Positions 38,386 to 51,339 are shown, counted from the stretch's first letter. The stretch is 55,830 nt of DNA from Octopus bimaculoides (GCF_001194135.2 NC_068990.1:92329510-92385339), one strand, 5' to 3'. A program made the numbers and translations. Notes: generated by a model not told the origin, from the letters alone.

Positions 38386-39400
38386 TGCAAAGCAAAATTC
38401 TTAAACCACACAGCCATGCTTGTGCCGATGTAATCCATTAGTTCAATTATAGAATCAATTAGTCCAATTATGGAATCAATTAGTCCAGTCTCTGTACTTG
38501 TATTAGAAGGATGAAATGCAAAATCACTCTCAGCAGGATTTGAACTCAAAGCATAAAGTTATGCAAATAAATAGTGTTGAACATTTTCTCCTATGTTTTG
38601 TCAGTTCTACTAAAATCTGTTGTCCTTCAACAAAGGAAATAAGGAAATCTCAATGGAAAGCATAGCAGAAAAACATTGCATGTGTATAAAAGAAATATGA
38701 TCTTCAGCTATTATGTTATGGTTACCGATAAAACCTGACAGCACAATAATAATGGTTGGCCAATAGAGATTCTCTTAGTTTGGCAGTCTCATGCCTTCAT
38801 TCTTTCCCATTTAACTTGGTTATAGTTGACCAGTGAACAGTCATATAGAACATCCATCCCCCACCCTGGAAATTCATACAAGAATATGGTTCATTATATG
38901 TAAAATGTGTGTGTGTGTGTGTGTATGTTTATATATTTTTTTTTACGTATTTTGTATTGGAATTGGTGAGCAATAATATCATGTGTTACAGGTTTCCACC
39001 AATCAAATCACATATTCATTGCATTTCTGGTTGTGAGAGTGACAAGGGAGTAGTTGTAATAAACTGCAGAACAGATATCGTTTAGAATTTTGTTCAAAAG
39101 CACTGTTTTTCTTACCCTTTTTTTTCCCCCAGTGTTTCCATCCTTGGTGTGTGTGTGTGTGTGTGTAATTATGCATGTGGACATCTCTTACAATTCTATA
39201 TTCTTTTGATGTTTTATCTTGTAATTGACTGTTCCCATTCCATTCCACCTGCCACCTCTGGCTACACAACCACCATGGTATTAAGGAAATATATTTGGCA
39301 ACATGAAATTAGCCAATTAGAAATAGCCAGTCACTGGCCACAGCTGTACTGCATCAAACTTCTAAATATACACACACACACGCACGCACGCACGCACGCG

Positions 39401-39435
<35 letters not shown>

Positions 39436-39565
39436 TATTTATGTTGTTTTGTTTCTCTATCTGTCTTCATATCTATCCATATAATTCCCTAAATATATAT
39501 ATNNNNNNNNNNGTCAGTCTGTCTCTTTCCCCATCTATCTATCTATCTATCTATCTCTTTATCCA

Positions 39566-39606
<41 letters not shown>

Positions 39607-40147
39607 ATCTATCTATCTAATAATACCTACAAGCCTCTCTCTATTTCGCCAACCTATAAGCAACTCCCCACCCACCTACCTCCATTACTACACAGCTCAG
39701 GAGCGCCAATAAAATCACAGACAAAAACATGACTCAGCAATCAGAGCAGTGAACTTTGGAGAGGTTCCACTACCAGCTTGCAGCACTTTCACTGATTTCC
39801 ACGTTGGTGGGGACGAACGGAGGAGGAGGGTTGTTCTAATGTGTGTGGGGAGGGAGATAGAGAGCTGGTGTTTTGCTAGGTGTGAGTGTGTAAGGGTGTG
39901 TTTGTTGCGATGGAGAAATGATTGAATTGTAAGAGGTTATTAAATAGAGGGTATTTTACACTTTCTACACACATCTGAATGACTATGCATAGCATCAACA
40001 CATGCATATACACACACATATACACTCACACACACTGGTAGTTGTATATAATCAGTTTAATACAATGCATGTAATTACTTTAATGTTATGTGTATTTGTA
40101 ATCTCACTCAAATGGTTTACATCAAGACTACTCTGTTCTGTGTGAAG

Positions 40148-40390
40148 GTGTGTGGTATAACGGTTAAGGTATTGCACTCATGATCCTGAGACAGTGGTTT
40201 CAATTCCTGGACTAGGTGGTGTGTTGTGTTATTGAGCAAAACATGTCATTTCATGTTGCTCCAGTTCATTCAGCTACAAATGAGTAACCCCTTGATGGAT
40301 TGGCTTCTCATTCAAGGGGGAATGTTCTGATCTCTGTCCCTTAAATGTTATAGGAACTGGGTAACCAGCTGTATGAGTCCTGGGACTCAA
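40148..40390 (+). mobile_element. tRNA-derived SINE, third family
   Basis: Head with A/B boxes (tggtataacggttaagg...ggtttcaattcc), followed by ttgagcaaaacatgtcatttcatgttgctccag...gatggattggc. Confidence 0.6.
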
Positions 40391-40499
40391 GGCAGTAATG
40401 CCGAGAGGTTGATGATGATTCTGAGTTCAAATCCCAAAGAACCCACTCAATTTGACCACCTTTCATCCTTCTGGGGTTGATTTAATAAGAACTTGTTGA

Positions 40500-40878
40500 G
40501 GCGTAGGAGTGGCTGTATGGTAAGTAGCTTGCTTACCAACCACATGGTTCCGGGTTCAGTCCCACTGCGTGGCAACTTGGGCAAGTGTCTTCTACTATAG
40601 CTTCGGGCTGACCAAAGTCTTGTGAGTGGATTTGGTAGACGGAAACTGAAAGAAGCCCATCGTATATATGTGTGTGTCTGTGTGTGTCTAACATTGCATG
40701 ACAGCCAATGCTGGTGTTTTTGCATCCCCGTGACTTGGTGGTTCAGCAAAAAGAGACCAATAGAATAAGTACTAGGCTTACAAAGAATAAGTCCTGGTGT
40801 TGATTTGTTTGACTAAAGGTGGTGCTCCAGCATGGCTGCAGCCAAAACGACTGAAACAAGTAAAAGAATAAAAGAATA
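40500..40878 (+). mobile_element. SINE family B, full length
   Basis: tRNA-like head (TGGCTGTATGG A box, GGTTCAGTCCC B box), core, internal (TA/TG)n, and a taaaagaa-repeat tail. Confidence 0.9.
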
Positions 40879-41616
40879 GCTAAAATTGGTAATATTAATT
40901 TGTAGTCTTGCATGCATGTGCGTATGTGCATGTGTGTGTGTGTGAAAACACAGACCCATATGCATATATAACAGGTTTCTATCAGTTTCTCAATCCACTG
41001 ACAGTGCTTTGGTAAGGTGTTACACAGTGGGATTGAACCGGAAACCATGTGGTTGGGAAGCGAACTTCTTAACCACACAACCTTGCCTGCACATTTTAAT
41101 AAACTTAACTATAGAACGAACTTGAAGTCATTGTCAGAAACCTTAATAATAATGAACCAAGTTTGGGGTGTTCTGTGTTTGGCCCTTCCACTGCAAAATT
41201 CATTTATTCAAAATAATTTTACCGAAAACTGTTGAAGATGGTCTTTTTATACCAATTTGTCCTTTGTGGAGCTATGTCATGTTTGAAACTGTCTTTTGTT
41301 GCTGAGGTATGTTATGGCTTTTATTATGAGGTATGTTCTGACTCACAGAAAACACCAGTTCTATTTATCGTCGAATAATTAACATCGTTATGGAAATGAC
41401 CATGAAATTTAATTACTTGGTGAAAGGGTTTAAATAACTTTAACTTTGGATTGAGGAAACAATATCAGAAAGCTGTAAAAAAATTTATGCATCAAAATAC
41501 AAGAAAGAAATTAAAAGATAATTACAATATGTGGAATTTTCAATGATGATGTTAATTATTGCCATCATCATCATCACCTTTGTCACCACCGTCGCTGCTA
41601 TCATTGTCGTAGTTAT

Positions 41617-41648
41617 TGGCAGAATCATTAGAATGTCAGACAAAATGC

Positions 41649-41680
<32 letters not shown>

Positions 41681-42100
41681 CTTATAGCGTAGTGGTTAAG
41701 AGCGCGGGCTGCTAACCCCAAGATTCCGAGTTCGATTTCAGGCAGTGACTTGAATAATAATAATAATAACAATAACAACAACAACAACAACATCGAAAAA
41801 TACCTTAGGAATAAGAAGCCAGGTTCAAAATTTCCGCAAGACACCTGATGAAGGGTGGAGGGTATATCAGCCAAAACGTGTTAACAACAAACAAGATGAG
41901 GACAAATATCCATCAAATGTAAATGATGTAAATAATGTACATAACTCCTCATCTCTTAATTATTGAACTGTAAAATGCTTTGTAGTATTTGTTCTTAATA
42001 TACTGAGTTCAATTCCCACTGAGGTCAACTTTGCCTGTCATCTCTCTGGAATCAATGAAATAAAGTATAATTTAACTACCAAGACTGATGTAATTGTATT
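41617..42100 (+). mobile_element. Old SINE family A copy interrupted by the 41655-41971 insertion
   Basis: The head tggcagaatcattagaatgtcagacaaaatgctttgta resumes as aaaatgctttgtagtatttg...ctgagttcaattcccactgaggtcaactttgcc. Confidence 0.8.
41655..41971 (-). mobile_element. 317-bp non-autonomous retroposon with poly(A/T) end, tRNA-like segment, (AAT/AAC)n and hammerhead-like motif
   Basis: 13-bp target duplication aaaatgctttgta (41642-41654 and 41972-41984); T26 at the left end; A box TAGCGTAGTGG at 41685 and B-box-like GAGTTCGATT; CTGATGA at 41845. Confidence 0.85.
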
Positions 42101-42780
42101 TGAGAAAGTTACATGGCTGATGGGTGGGGATCTATAAGTTATCACTGATTCCGTGAAGGGGATTGGTGATATATGAAGTTTGCTAATCGTTTGAATTGAG
42201 TGATTTAAGTACTTTTTCTAAGAAAAACCATTTATTGTGGACAGACATCCTGGTTGTGTTAGAAATAGTGTGCTGCATCTTTTTTTGTTGTAATAATAGC
42301 TTAACGAGTCAATAAATGAAGATCAGTAAAATAAGCATCAGACAGAATTTAGTACAGAGGTTGATATGATTGATCTTTGAGAATGGTACTCTAGCATGGC
42401 CACAAAATTCTATGAATAAGACCAATTAAAGAAAGCTGTCTTGGTAAGATTTATCTCTCATTCATTTAACACTTGTAGAAACTCAGGTTTAATCTCTAAC
42501 CCCTAACCCACCGCTTCATTGTGATTCTGAAAATGATCAGCTTTCGCTTTATTGGTTGTAAGCCATTTGGCATTGGTCAAAGAACTGAAATCACTTCAAT
42601 CGGACAATGGACTTCTTCCTCTCCACCCACTCTCCCCTGAACATGTATAATTTATGACTATTGTTTCTATTTGTGGCTGTGTATAGTGTTTTATTTCCTT
42701 TGAAGATGACACTTGTTCTTTTCAATTCAGTTTGGCTTCAAAAAAAGCACGCAGAGAGATAGATAGATAGNNNNNNNNNN

Positions 42781-42826
<46 letters not shown>

Positions 42827-43233
42827 TGTAATATAGAACTAGTGTGTGTATGTATGCGTCTGTGTGTTTGGATGTATAAATGAGAAAGTGCTCAATACAT
42901 GTAGAGTTTATTCAGTCATTTAAAGCCAAGCTTTCTCGTCTCTGGTATTCCTAGTTTCCGGTTTCTAGCACGTTCTTCGAGGCAACCAATATACACCACC
43001 CACCCCCATCACATGTTTTTTACTCTATCAATATGGTCCTCTCAAAAAAATAGATAATCCTCCCCCCCCCCCGCCATCACCACCAAGTATTCCTCACTGG
43101 CTGAAGTTTTTTCCTTCCTTTTCCATCTCCCATCCTCTCCACCTCTAATTCTACCATAGACCAGCAGCCTGTTCCTTCTATGCATGTGTAGAGACAGATA
43201 CATAGGGTGGAGCAGGGGTGGGTGGATGGGATG

Positions 43234-43267
<34 letters not shown>

Positions 43268-44792
43268 TAGATAGATAGAGGTGGGGTGGGGGGAAATGGT
43301 ATCCCTGTGACATTTGAGCTTAGAGTTAAAGATAAATCCCAGTGACGTCACCATATTTGTTGTACAACAGATGTCTCTCTATCTTTTATCTTCTAATCTA
43401 CAATTCTCTCAATACTTTTTTACCTCATACTACTACTACTACTACAGTTTCTAACATCCTGTTATTTTTCTTTCTCTGAATATGTCTCTCTCTCTCTTTC
43501 TCTCTCTCACTCTCACTCACTCTCTCACTCTCTCTCTCTCACTCTCTCTCTCTCTCTCACTCTCACTCACTCTCTCTCACTCTCTCTCTCACTCTCTCTC
43601 TCTCTCTCCTGTTCTCCTGTATAGGGGCATCTGGCCGTCTCCTCTCAGTTCTATTTCCTCTTTATCTCTCTTTCAACTCTCCCACTCTTACTCCCTCCCT
43701 TCCTCTCCCGCTCTCCAGTTTTAATCCCAGTTTATCAACTCCCTTTTTCTCTTCCTCTCTCCCTCCCCTATTCTCCTACTCTTTCCTCCTCACTTCCCTA
43801 CCTTATCCCTCTGTCTGTCTCTTTCTCCCCATTCCTCTTCCCGCTCTTTTGCTTCTTTCTCATTCTTCCTTTTTTCCCTCCCCACTCTTCCTCCTCTCTC
43901 TCACTTCCATTTCCTTAACTAAATCCCAACAATGTCAACTGATTGACTTCTGCTTCAATGTTTAGACACTCTCAACTTAATTAATTTGAAATAAGGGTTT
44001 CAATTGATTGAAATGAATTTTCCATACTGGTTTTTCATTAAAGGTATTAATCTTTTCCCCTCCTTGTCTGCTTAAATAAGGAAATCACACTATTGCGATC
44101 ATGGCTATGCTGACATTTTAAGTGTTCCTTATGGACATCCCAATCATTCTTTCTACGTATGCATGTCTGAGTCTCACTCTGTCTGTGTTTCTGAATGTAT
44201 GTGCTTTTGTATGTGTGTGTGTGTGTGTGTGAATGTAGCTGTGTGCTTCTATATATTTATGTGTGTATTTCTGAACGTAGGTGTCTGTCTCCACAGGTAT
44301 TCTTTTCATGTGTGCATGCCTGTATGTTTCTATAAGTAATTATGTATGTGTTTCTAATTGTTTGTATATACGGCATGGCTGTGTGGTAAGTGGCTTGCTT
44401 ACTAACCACATGGTTCCGGGTTCAGTTGTTGTAGTAGCAGCAGCAGCAGCAGTGCTACTGCTGCCACTGCTCACTTTTCTCTCTGTTGTTCCTTGTGTAA
44501 GAAAGTAGGTTCAAGAAACATTGATATTTGTTTAAAGTAAACTTCTACTATTTACCCTTTCAGTACTACGTCTGTCCTAATATTGACCCTTACATTCTGT
44601 CCTGGCATTCATACCCTTATAGTTTCCCCTCAAAATGTCACATGTCACTCAAGTCAATATTATGCAACATTTTTCTCATTCTCCACTCCCAATAAACATT
44701 GCTCTGTCAACAGCCAAGTACAGATTATTGGTTTTGCAAGGCTAATGGACACCTCAGTTATCAGTAGCCTTGCATCAATTAAATAGCTGTTA

Positions 44793-44832
<40 letters not shown>

Positions 44833-45858
44833 CATGCACATGTGTATAGACATATATCTTCAGGGATATGTTTGTATGTAAAAGTATGCACGTATAAATG
44901 CTTGTAAATTTAACCTGTGAAAAGGCATTTCTACAGCAGTTTGCCATGGAAAAAAAATCTCACTTTAGGTTACCTTAAAAACACCTAAGTTAGTTCAGAG
45001 CCCCTCCTATGGATTGGTAGATGTATTTCTCGCTTCATTGCTGTCTTCCCCACCGGACGGCAAGTGAGGCAACTCTAAACTTGATTGAAAGACTATGGGT
45101 TTGGCTTGAAGCAGTGGTATATAATAAACAAACTTTGTTTTAAACCATTGCTGTGAGCACCTCCCATATATCGACTTTTAATTTCTTTATCTGATTTCAT
45201 ACCATCAACGTATTTGAGTTAGTTTTCTTTAACTCTTGTTTTATATTTTTATTAGGTTACTGGGGATGGCGGTTATTTGGCAAATCAGTGAAAGCATTTC
45301 TCTGCTGAATGTACCTTATCGCCATAATCCACCCAACCAATATCACACTTTATCACCTTACCCATCGCCACCACCATCTTCTTAACCACTGGCAACATAT
45401 TATCTTAGCTACCACCACCACCACTGTCTTCCAAATCACTCAACACTACCACCATATCTTACCCACTATCACCACCACCACCACCACCACCACCACTGCA
45501 GCAGCTACTATGTCTTTATCACCCACCCCTGCCACCACTGCTCTACCCTTTACATTATCACAATTACCCTCCACATTTCCTTATAATTCAATTTCATTCA
45601 ATAATCTACAATCAAATTATAAGAATTGGCTTCTAATTTTGTCCCCTTTTGACTGACATCATCTGCTGTTTTAGGGTCTCTCTCTCTCTCTTACTTAACG
45701 GGACCATATATAACATTATCTAATGTTTTAAGGTCTCCCTCCTCCCTCCCCCCTCTCTCTCATCTCTCATACATCACACTTTCTCACTCCACCCCATTAT
45801 TTCTGATTTTGACAAGGATATGACATTATCTTCTGCTGTTCTAGGATTTCTCTCTTAC

Positions 45859-45906
<48 letters not shown>

Positions 45907-46239
45907 CATGCATGCACACACACAACTGAAACACTTTCTTGTCATTCACAAACACCTCTCCCCTTCTTTTCTCCTTTTCTCTCAAACACTTGACATTCAA
46001 ACTTAACAGGTGTGTGTATATGTGTGTGTTTGTATTCAAAGGGCCAGTTTCACACACACACACACACACACACATTCTGACTCACCTCATTCTACCTGTG
46101 GATTACATTAAGGCTACGCCATGTCTGTGGGATGCACAATTACATTACAATGCAATGAATAGGTTATGAAATTAATCTAATAAATAGATACATGCATGCA
46201 TGCATACATACATATATACATAATGTGTGTGTGTATATA

Positions 46240-46610
46240 TAGAGTGATTCAAAAGTCGCCATCCATAGGAATAATTTATCTTTTTATAAGAAACAGTTTA
46301 TAAGAACAGTTTTTTATATTTAACAGTCTCTATATGGTTACCATTGTTTTGAATACACGTCGCAACACGCTTACCCCACTCATTGTGAACTTGTAATAGC
46401 ACATCTGGTGATACTTGTGCAAATGAGTTGGTGATGCGTTCCTTCAAATGATTTATGTCTTTTATCTTTCTGCAACACACCATGCCTTTCAAATGCCCCT
46501 AAAGATAGAAATCAAGAGGGGTCAGATCAGGGAATCTAGGGGATTTTATAAACCGTTTTCTCATAAAAAAATAAATTTTTCCTATGTATGGAGACTTTTG
46601 AATCAACCTG
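46240..46610 (-). mobile_element. Tc1/mariner transposase C-terminus and terminal repeat (pseudogene, cut by a gap)
   Basis: Minus strand PRFPDLTPLDFYL*GHLKGMVC...NHLKERI...RVATCIQNNGNHIE (cf. PPRSPDLTPLDF.LWG.LK..VY...L..RI...R...CI...G.H.E). Trp codon mutated to TAG; terminus TA-flanked agagtgattcaaaagt. Confidence 0.9.
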
Positions 46611-47679
46611 NNNNNNNNNNNNNNNNNNNNNNNNNNNNNNNNNNNNNNNNNNNNNNNNNNNNNNNNNNNNNNNNNNNNNNNNNNNNNNNNNNNNNNNNNN
46701 NNNNNNNNNNNNNNNNNNNNNNNNNNNNNNNNNNNNNNNNNNNNNNNNNNNNNNNNNNNNNNNNNNNNNATATATATATATATAATTGATTATTTTATCA
46801 TATTACTAAGATACCTCAGTTTTCTACTGTTTGTGTAACCTGTTTTGTGTGTGTGTGTGTGTGCGTGTCATGTTAGGGTTAGTTCTATACACAATAGCCA
46901 CTGTATGAAAGAGGTTAGCTGAAGGCATCAAACCTGCAGATTTAAGGATTAGACATGTCAACAACAATGCTAGTCAGACCTCTTAAACATTGTCATAGCT
47001 CTGTTATTGTTGCTGTTGTGGTGGTGGTTGCGTCAGTGATGAAAGTGGGTTTCAGTGGTGGTGGTGGCTGTGATGATAGTGATAGGCCATTTTCCTGTTC
47101 AAGGGTCACATCACATCACTGACTCATAACATTTAAGCTGCACACAGTTTTATATGTATTTTCTCTCTTTGTCTTCCCCCCATCTCTCTCTCTCTCTCTC
47201 TCTCTCTTTCCTTAGCTTTCAAGTCTTTCCCCCCTACCTTTCTCCAGGAGAACACTCATCCTAATGTACTCCAGAAAGTGGACAGCCATGTCCACGCCCC
47301 CTCTTACCTGTTCAGGGTCAGTGATTTTAAGATTCTGTAGTTCTCTATTAAATAATTCAAACAAAAACAGAATCAAGAGAAACAACTCAGAGTGGCCAGT
47401 GGCAAGGATTCAAACGACCATGAACAAATACAGGTGTATCAAACACCATACAACATAGAGTCGTGATTCATTAAAACTATCTCTGCCTCTAGAGAACGTA
47501 TCTTATTAACCAAACAGCAGATGAGACCAGTTCCACTTGAGAAGGAGAGATAATTCCAAAAATTCTCTAAAAGTTGACATCCCATTAAAGAAAAGGAGAG
47601 ACTTATTGTTTGGAGGACAGACATAGAGACATGTTTCTACCTCAATAGGCATCATAAGCATGGTATATACGTAAATATA

Positions 47680-47840
47680 TATGATAGGCTTCTACACAGT
47701 TTCCATCTACCAAATTCACTGACAAGGCATTGGTTGACCTGGGACTACAGTAGGAGACACTTGCCCAAGGTGTTGTGCAGTGGAACTGAACTCGCAACAG
47801 TGGGGTTGCAAAGCAAGCTTCTTAACCATACAGCCATGTA
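47680..47840 (-). mobile_element. SINE family B (5' half)
   Basis: gataggcttctacacagtttccatctaccaaattcac...ttaaccatacagccatg. Confidence 0.8.
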
Positions 47841-49202
47841 TCTGTAATTTAAAACTACAGCCTTGTCTGATTCTACTTGAGGGTTACATTAAGGGTACAT
47901 GAGTCTGTGGAATACTCAACCACTTACAAGTTAATTCAAGAGCAGGTGATTTATTTGAGCAGTCAAACAACTGGATCCTCATCATTGAAATCAACGAAGA
48001 TCCATCTCCTGTTTACTAACTTTTGAAGATAATTAAATAACTGCTGTGGTTTGGATATAATTGTCTATTCATGTAAAAAAAGAAAATGGATTCCTCTATC
48101 AGTTTTAAGGATTTGTACTCAGCTGTTGGATCAAGTGAACAAATTATTCATAAGATTAATAAGTAAGTCCGTAGCCACACTGTGAAATTGAATGCATCCA
48201 TTCACTATTGCAGAGCTCGTTTCTTAAGGTGCTTTGTGTGTGTGTGTTGTGTGTGTTTTACTAGATTGTTATATCCTACCAGGCATGTGCCAGTGTGTGT
48301 CTGTTTTTGTGTGTTGTATATATCATACTCTATCTTGATACTGTGTGATTGTCCTTCATTGAGATTATAGTTCTAGTAAGGGATTTTATAGTTTATGGAA
48401 GTTTTGTTGCATAGACACACACACACACACACACGTATGTTCATGTATGTATGTATGTCTGTATCCATGTGTGTGTGTATTTATATGGATGCAACTATAC
48501 ATTTAAATGCTTTCTTCATTAAAAAAAAACACTTCATATAACTGGCTCTGAAGAAACTATGTCACATTGACACTCAACTCTGGATGCGCAGTTTCTCATA
48601 GCTGAAACAGCTGTAAGCTAATGAAAGTGACTCAACAGACACTATAGTCTTTACCAAAAGTCTATATTTAAAAAGCAAAGGTTCCACTGGGCTTAATTAG
48701 AGAAATGAAAGGGCAGCATCGTGATCCTTTTTTAGAGAGCCTCCATGACTTGTGGTAGGAGATAGGGAAGAAGATATCCTCAAACCAAAGAGTCAGTCCA
48801 AGGACTTGTAATAGAGTGTCCAATAAACAGTTTCTGATTTATATTCTAAAAATACATTCAGGATGTGAAAGGAATTATAATAGAATTATAAGATGTTAAA
48901 CTGTTTTCTTTTTGTTGTTTGCTTATTTATTTTGCTATTGGTTTGGTTTCTGATTCAAAATTGTCTGTTTTAAATGTTTGTATTTGAATTATTAAAACAT
49001 GTCATCATAATTTTATATAAGACCCTTCAGCTTTATAATGAAATAACAAAGTCAGTTATTTAACTAAATACATACACACTTATGTACATACATGCATACA
49101 AACAAACATATATACATGCATACATACATAAGTATTTTATACACATAATATATGTTATGATTATGACTTATTTCCTTTTCTTTTGTCTATTTTTCTTACC
49201 AG

Positions 49203-50130
49203 GGTCAGGGAAATGTCACTGTTTCTGCTCTGAAAGCCCGATTTGATGCACCATTGTCCAATAAAACTGAAATCAACACAACACGGAAAGTCTCTGATAG
49301 AAATTCTAAGTTCAAACCCCACACTACCACAGATAAAATAACAAACACAACATCAACAACAAAACCCTCTCTCAAAACCTTGGAATCTAAGAATGTTTCT
49401 ACTGTAGACCGGAAGAATGTTTCAACACTTGATCGAAAATCCATTTCAAGTTTAGAGCAGAAATCATTATTGAAACAAGAAGAATCGGGGAAAAAGTTGT
49501 TGAATAATAAAGTTGAGTCGTCCTGTGATACACCGAACAGTAACTCAGTGATAAATGGTGGATCATCTTCGGAGTCAGGATCACGATTAAGTATCACAAC
49601 AAACAAGATAAACATTCCAGCTGCTTTTTCCTGTGAAACTACAAACACAACTTCAACAAAACAACTTCACGTGCGGAAGTCTCCTTACCAAACCAGTCGG
49701 CAGAACAGCCAGCAGAGCAATCATGAAAATTCCACAGAAAGTCCCCAAACAATGGTAAATGCTTCCCCTAAACACGTAGTTCTTGACAAAGGAATCGCAA
49801 TGCGTGATCCTGAAGAAATAAAGTCCCTTGGAGGTAGTTTAATTAAGAAGCGAACGGAACTTTTGGCTCAAGCAATTCATGGAAACACAGGAAATAAAAG
49901 TAAAGTGCCAGCGCCGCCAACTCCTGAACGAAGTGATTCCCTCCCAAAAGGCTTTGAATTAAATGACAAAGATGTGATCGTAAGAAAGAGAGACAACAAA
50001 AAGTTCCAATTAATCAATAAATCAAAATTACAAACTGTACAAAAATGTCCTTCCAAACCCAGGAAACTGGAATCCAATGAAATAATATTTCTGTTGAGAC
50101 AATATGAGAAAGCAGTTGAAGAATTATCAA
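49203..50130 (+). CDS. Large coding exon (phase 0 to phase 1) of an unidentified gene; Ser/Thr/Lys/Asn-rich, probably intrinsically disordered adaptor/cytoskeletal-type region
   Basis: Polypyrimidine tract ttttcttaccAG acceptor, 309 uninterrupted codons (GQGNVTVSALKARFDAP...LLRQYEKAVEELS), donor A|GTAAGT. Internal 24-nt repeats differ mainly at synonymous sites; PPTPER is a class II SH3-ligand-like motif. Confidence 0.9.
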
Positions 50131-50838
50131 GTAAGTCTGTTTTTTGACTATATTATGTTTCCTTCATCAGCTGACATAGCTGATATCCCTCCTCCTCCTC
50201 CTCTCTCTCCCACTCCTCTTCTTATCTCCCCCCTCTCCCCTTCTTATCTCCCCCCTCTCCCCTTTCCTCCTCTCCCACTATCTTCCCACTACCCCCTTTC
50301 TCTCACTTGCAAGCTTTTTCATATATTGACAGTAAAAAATAAAGTGGAAATTTGAGTGTAGTTACAGGAAAGCAAACGTTACCTCAAGGGATATAGTGCA
50401 AGAAGTCCAAAGATGAATGCAGACAAATTTCAGCATTATTCTGACCTCATCAGCAAAGCATAGATTCCACCATATTTGTTCATGTAATAATGAAAGAATC
50501 ATTGAATAAATATAAAAGATTGTACATTTCTTAGCTTGGAAAATAGAAATGCTTAAAAGTTAATTATCCAAGACATACATTAAAATATACTACATGACTT
50601 CTTATTATTTTACATATACAATATGTGGACAGGAAGTATTCTAAGTTATGTTATAAATATTACATAACTGACAAGTAGCCCAGAAATACATCGAGATGTC
50701 TCTTCTCTCTTCATAACACCCACCATTCTGTCATAAAATTATTCAGAAGAATTTCCAGAATGCCATCTGACAGCTTTCTACTTTGGTAACATTATTCCAC
50801 TGAAGTATTGAAGCCGTACAATCTCTAGTGGATATTTG

Positions 50839-51320
50839 GGTGGTTCACTAGTCATAGTTGATAATTTCTGTTACCTAGGTGATTTAATTAGTACCAGAGT
50901 GGGAGGGAACTGTTGTGAGAGTTTCGTAGCCAGGATAATGAAAGGGAGGAAGAAGTTCAGGAAGACATGACACTGTTGACAACAAAGAGCTTCTTTCTTT
51001 GTATGAAAGGCATAGCATGTGTGTGTGTGTGTGTGTGTGTGATGTATATCTTAGGAGGATGATGCTACATGGTAGTGAGTGAAACATAAGAACAAAGTAT
51101 GTGGAACATTAGTGGAGGTCAGAGAGAGAAAATTCAGTAAAATCTCTGAGATTTGTAATGTTAACCTATTTGAGAGATTGAGGATAAGTTTAATGAGAAA
51201 AAGTGGCCAGATATTAAATCTGAAGTCATTTGATTTATGAAGTAGGTGTAAGAATCTTTGCGAGACGTGGATGTTGAACTTGGATACTCTGTGAAAAACT
51301 GGAGAGAAATGTGATGATGA
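50839..51320 (+). mobile_element. Decayed RTE RT fragment
   Basis: GGSLVIVDNFCYLGDLIS...CCESFVARI...KKFR and MMLHGSE, collinear with the RT at 6572. Confidence 0.75.
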
Positions 51321-51339
51321 CCTTTTGGTCTTATTGTGC

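Noticed and set aside
41685-41750. Possible tRNA-Ser(GCT) gene
   Set aside because: There is no acceptor stem and no long variable arm, and it lies inside a TSD-flanked retroposon, so it is tRNA-derived rather than a tRNA gene.
49205-49648. 147-aa antisense ORF over the large exon
   Set aside because: It is a shadow of the + strand exon; the splice signals and synonymous-site pattern support the + frame.
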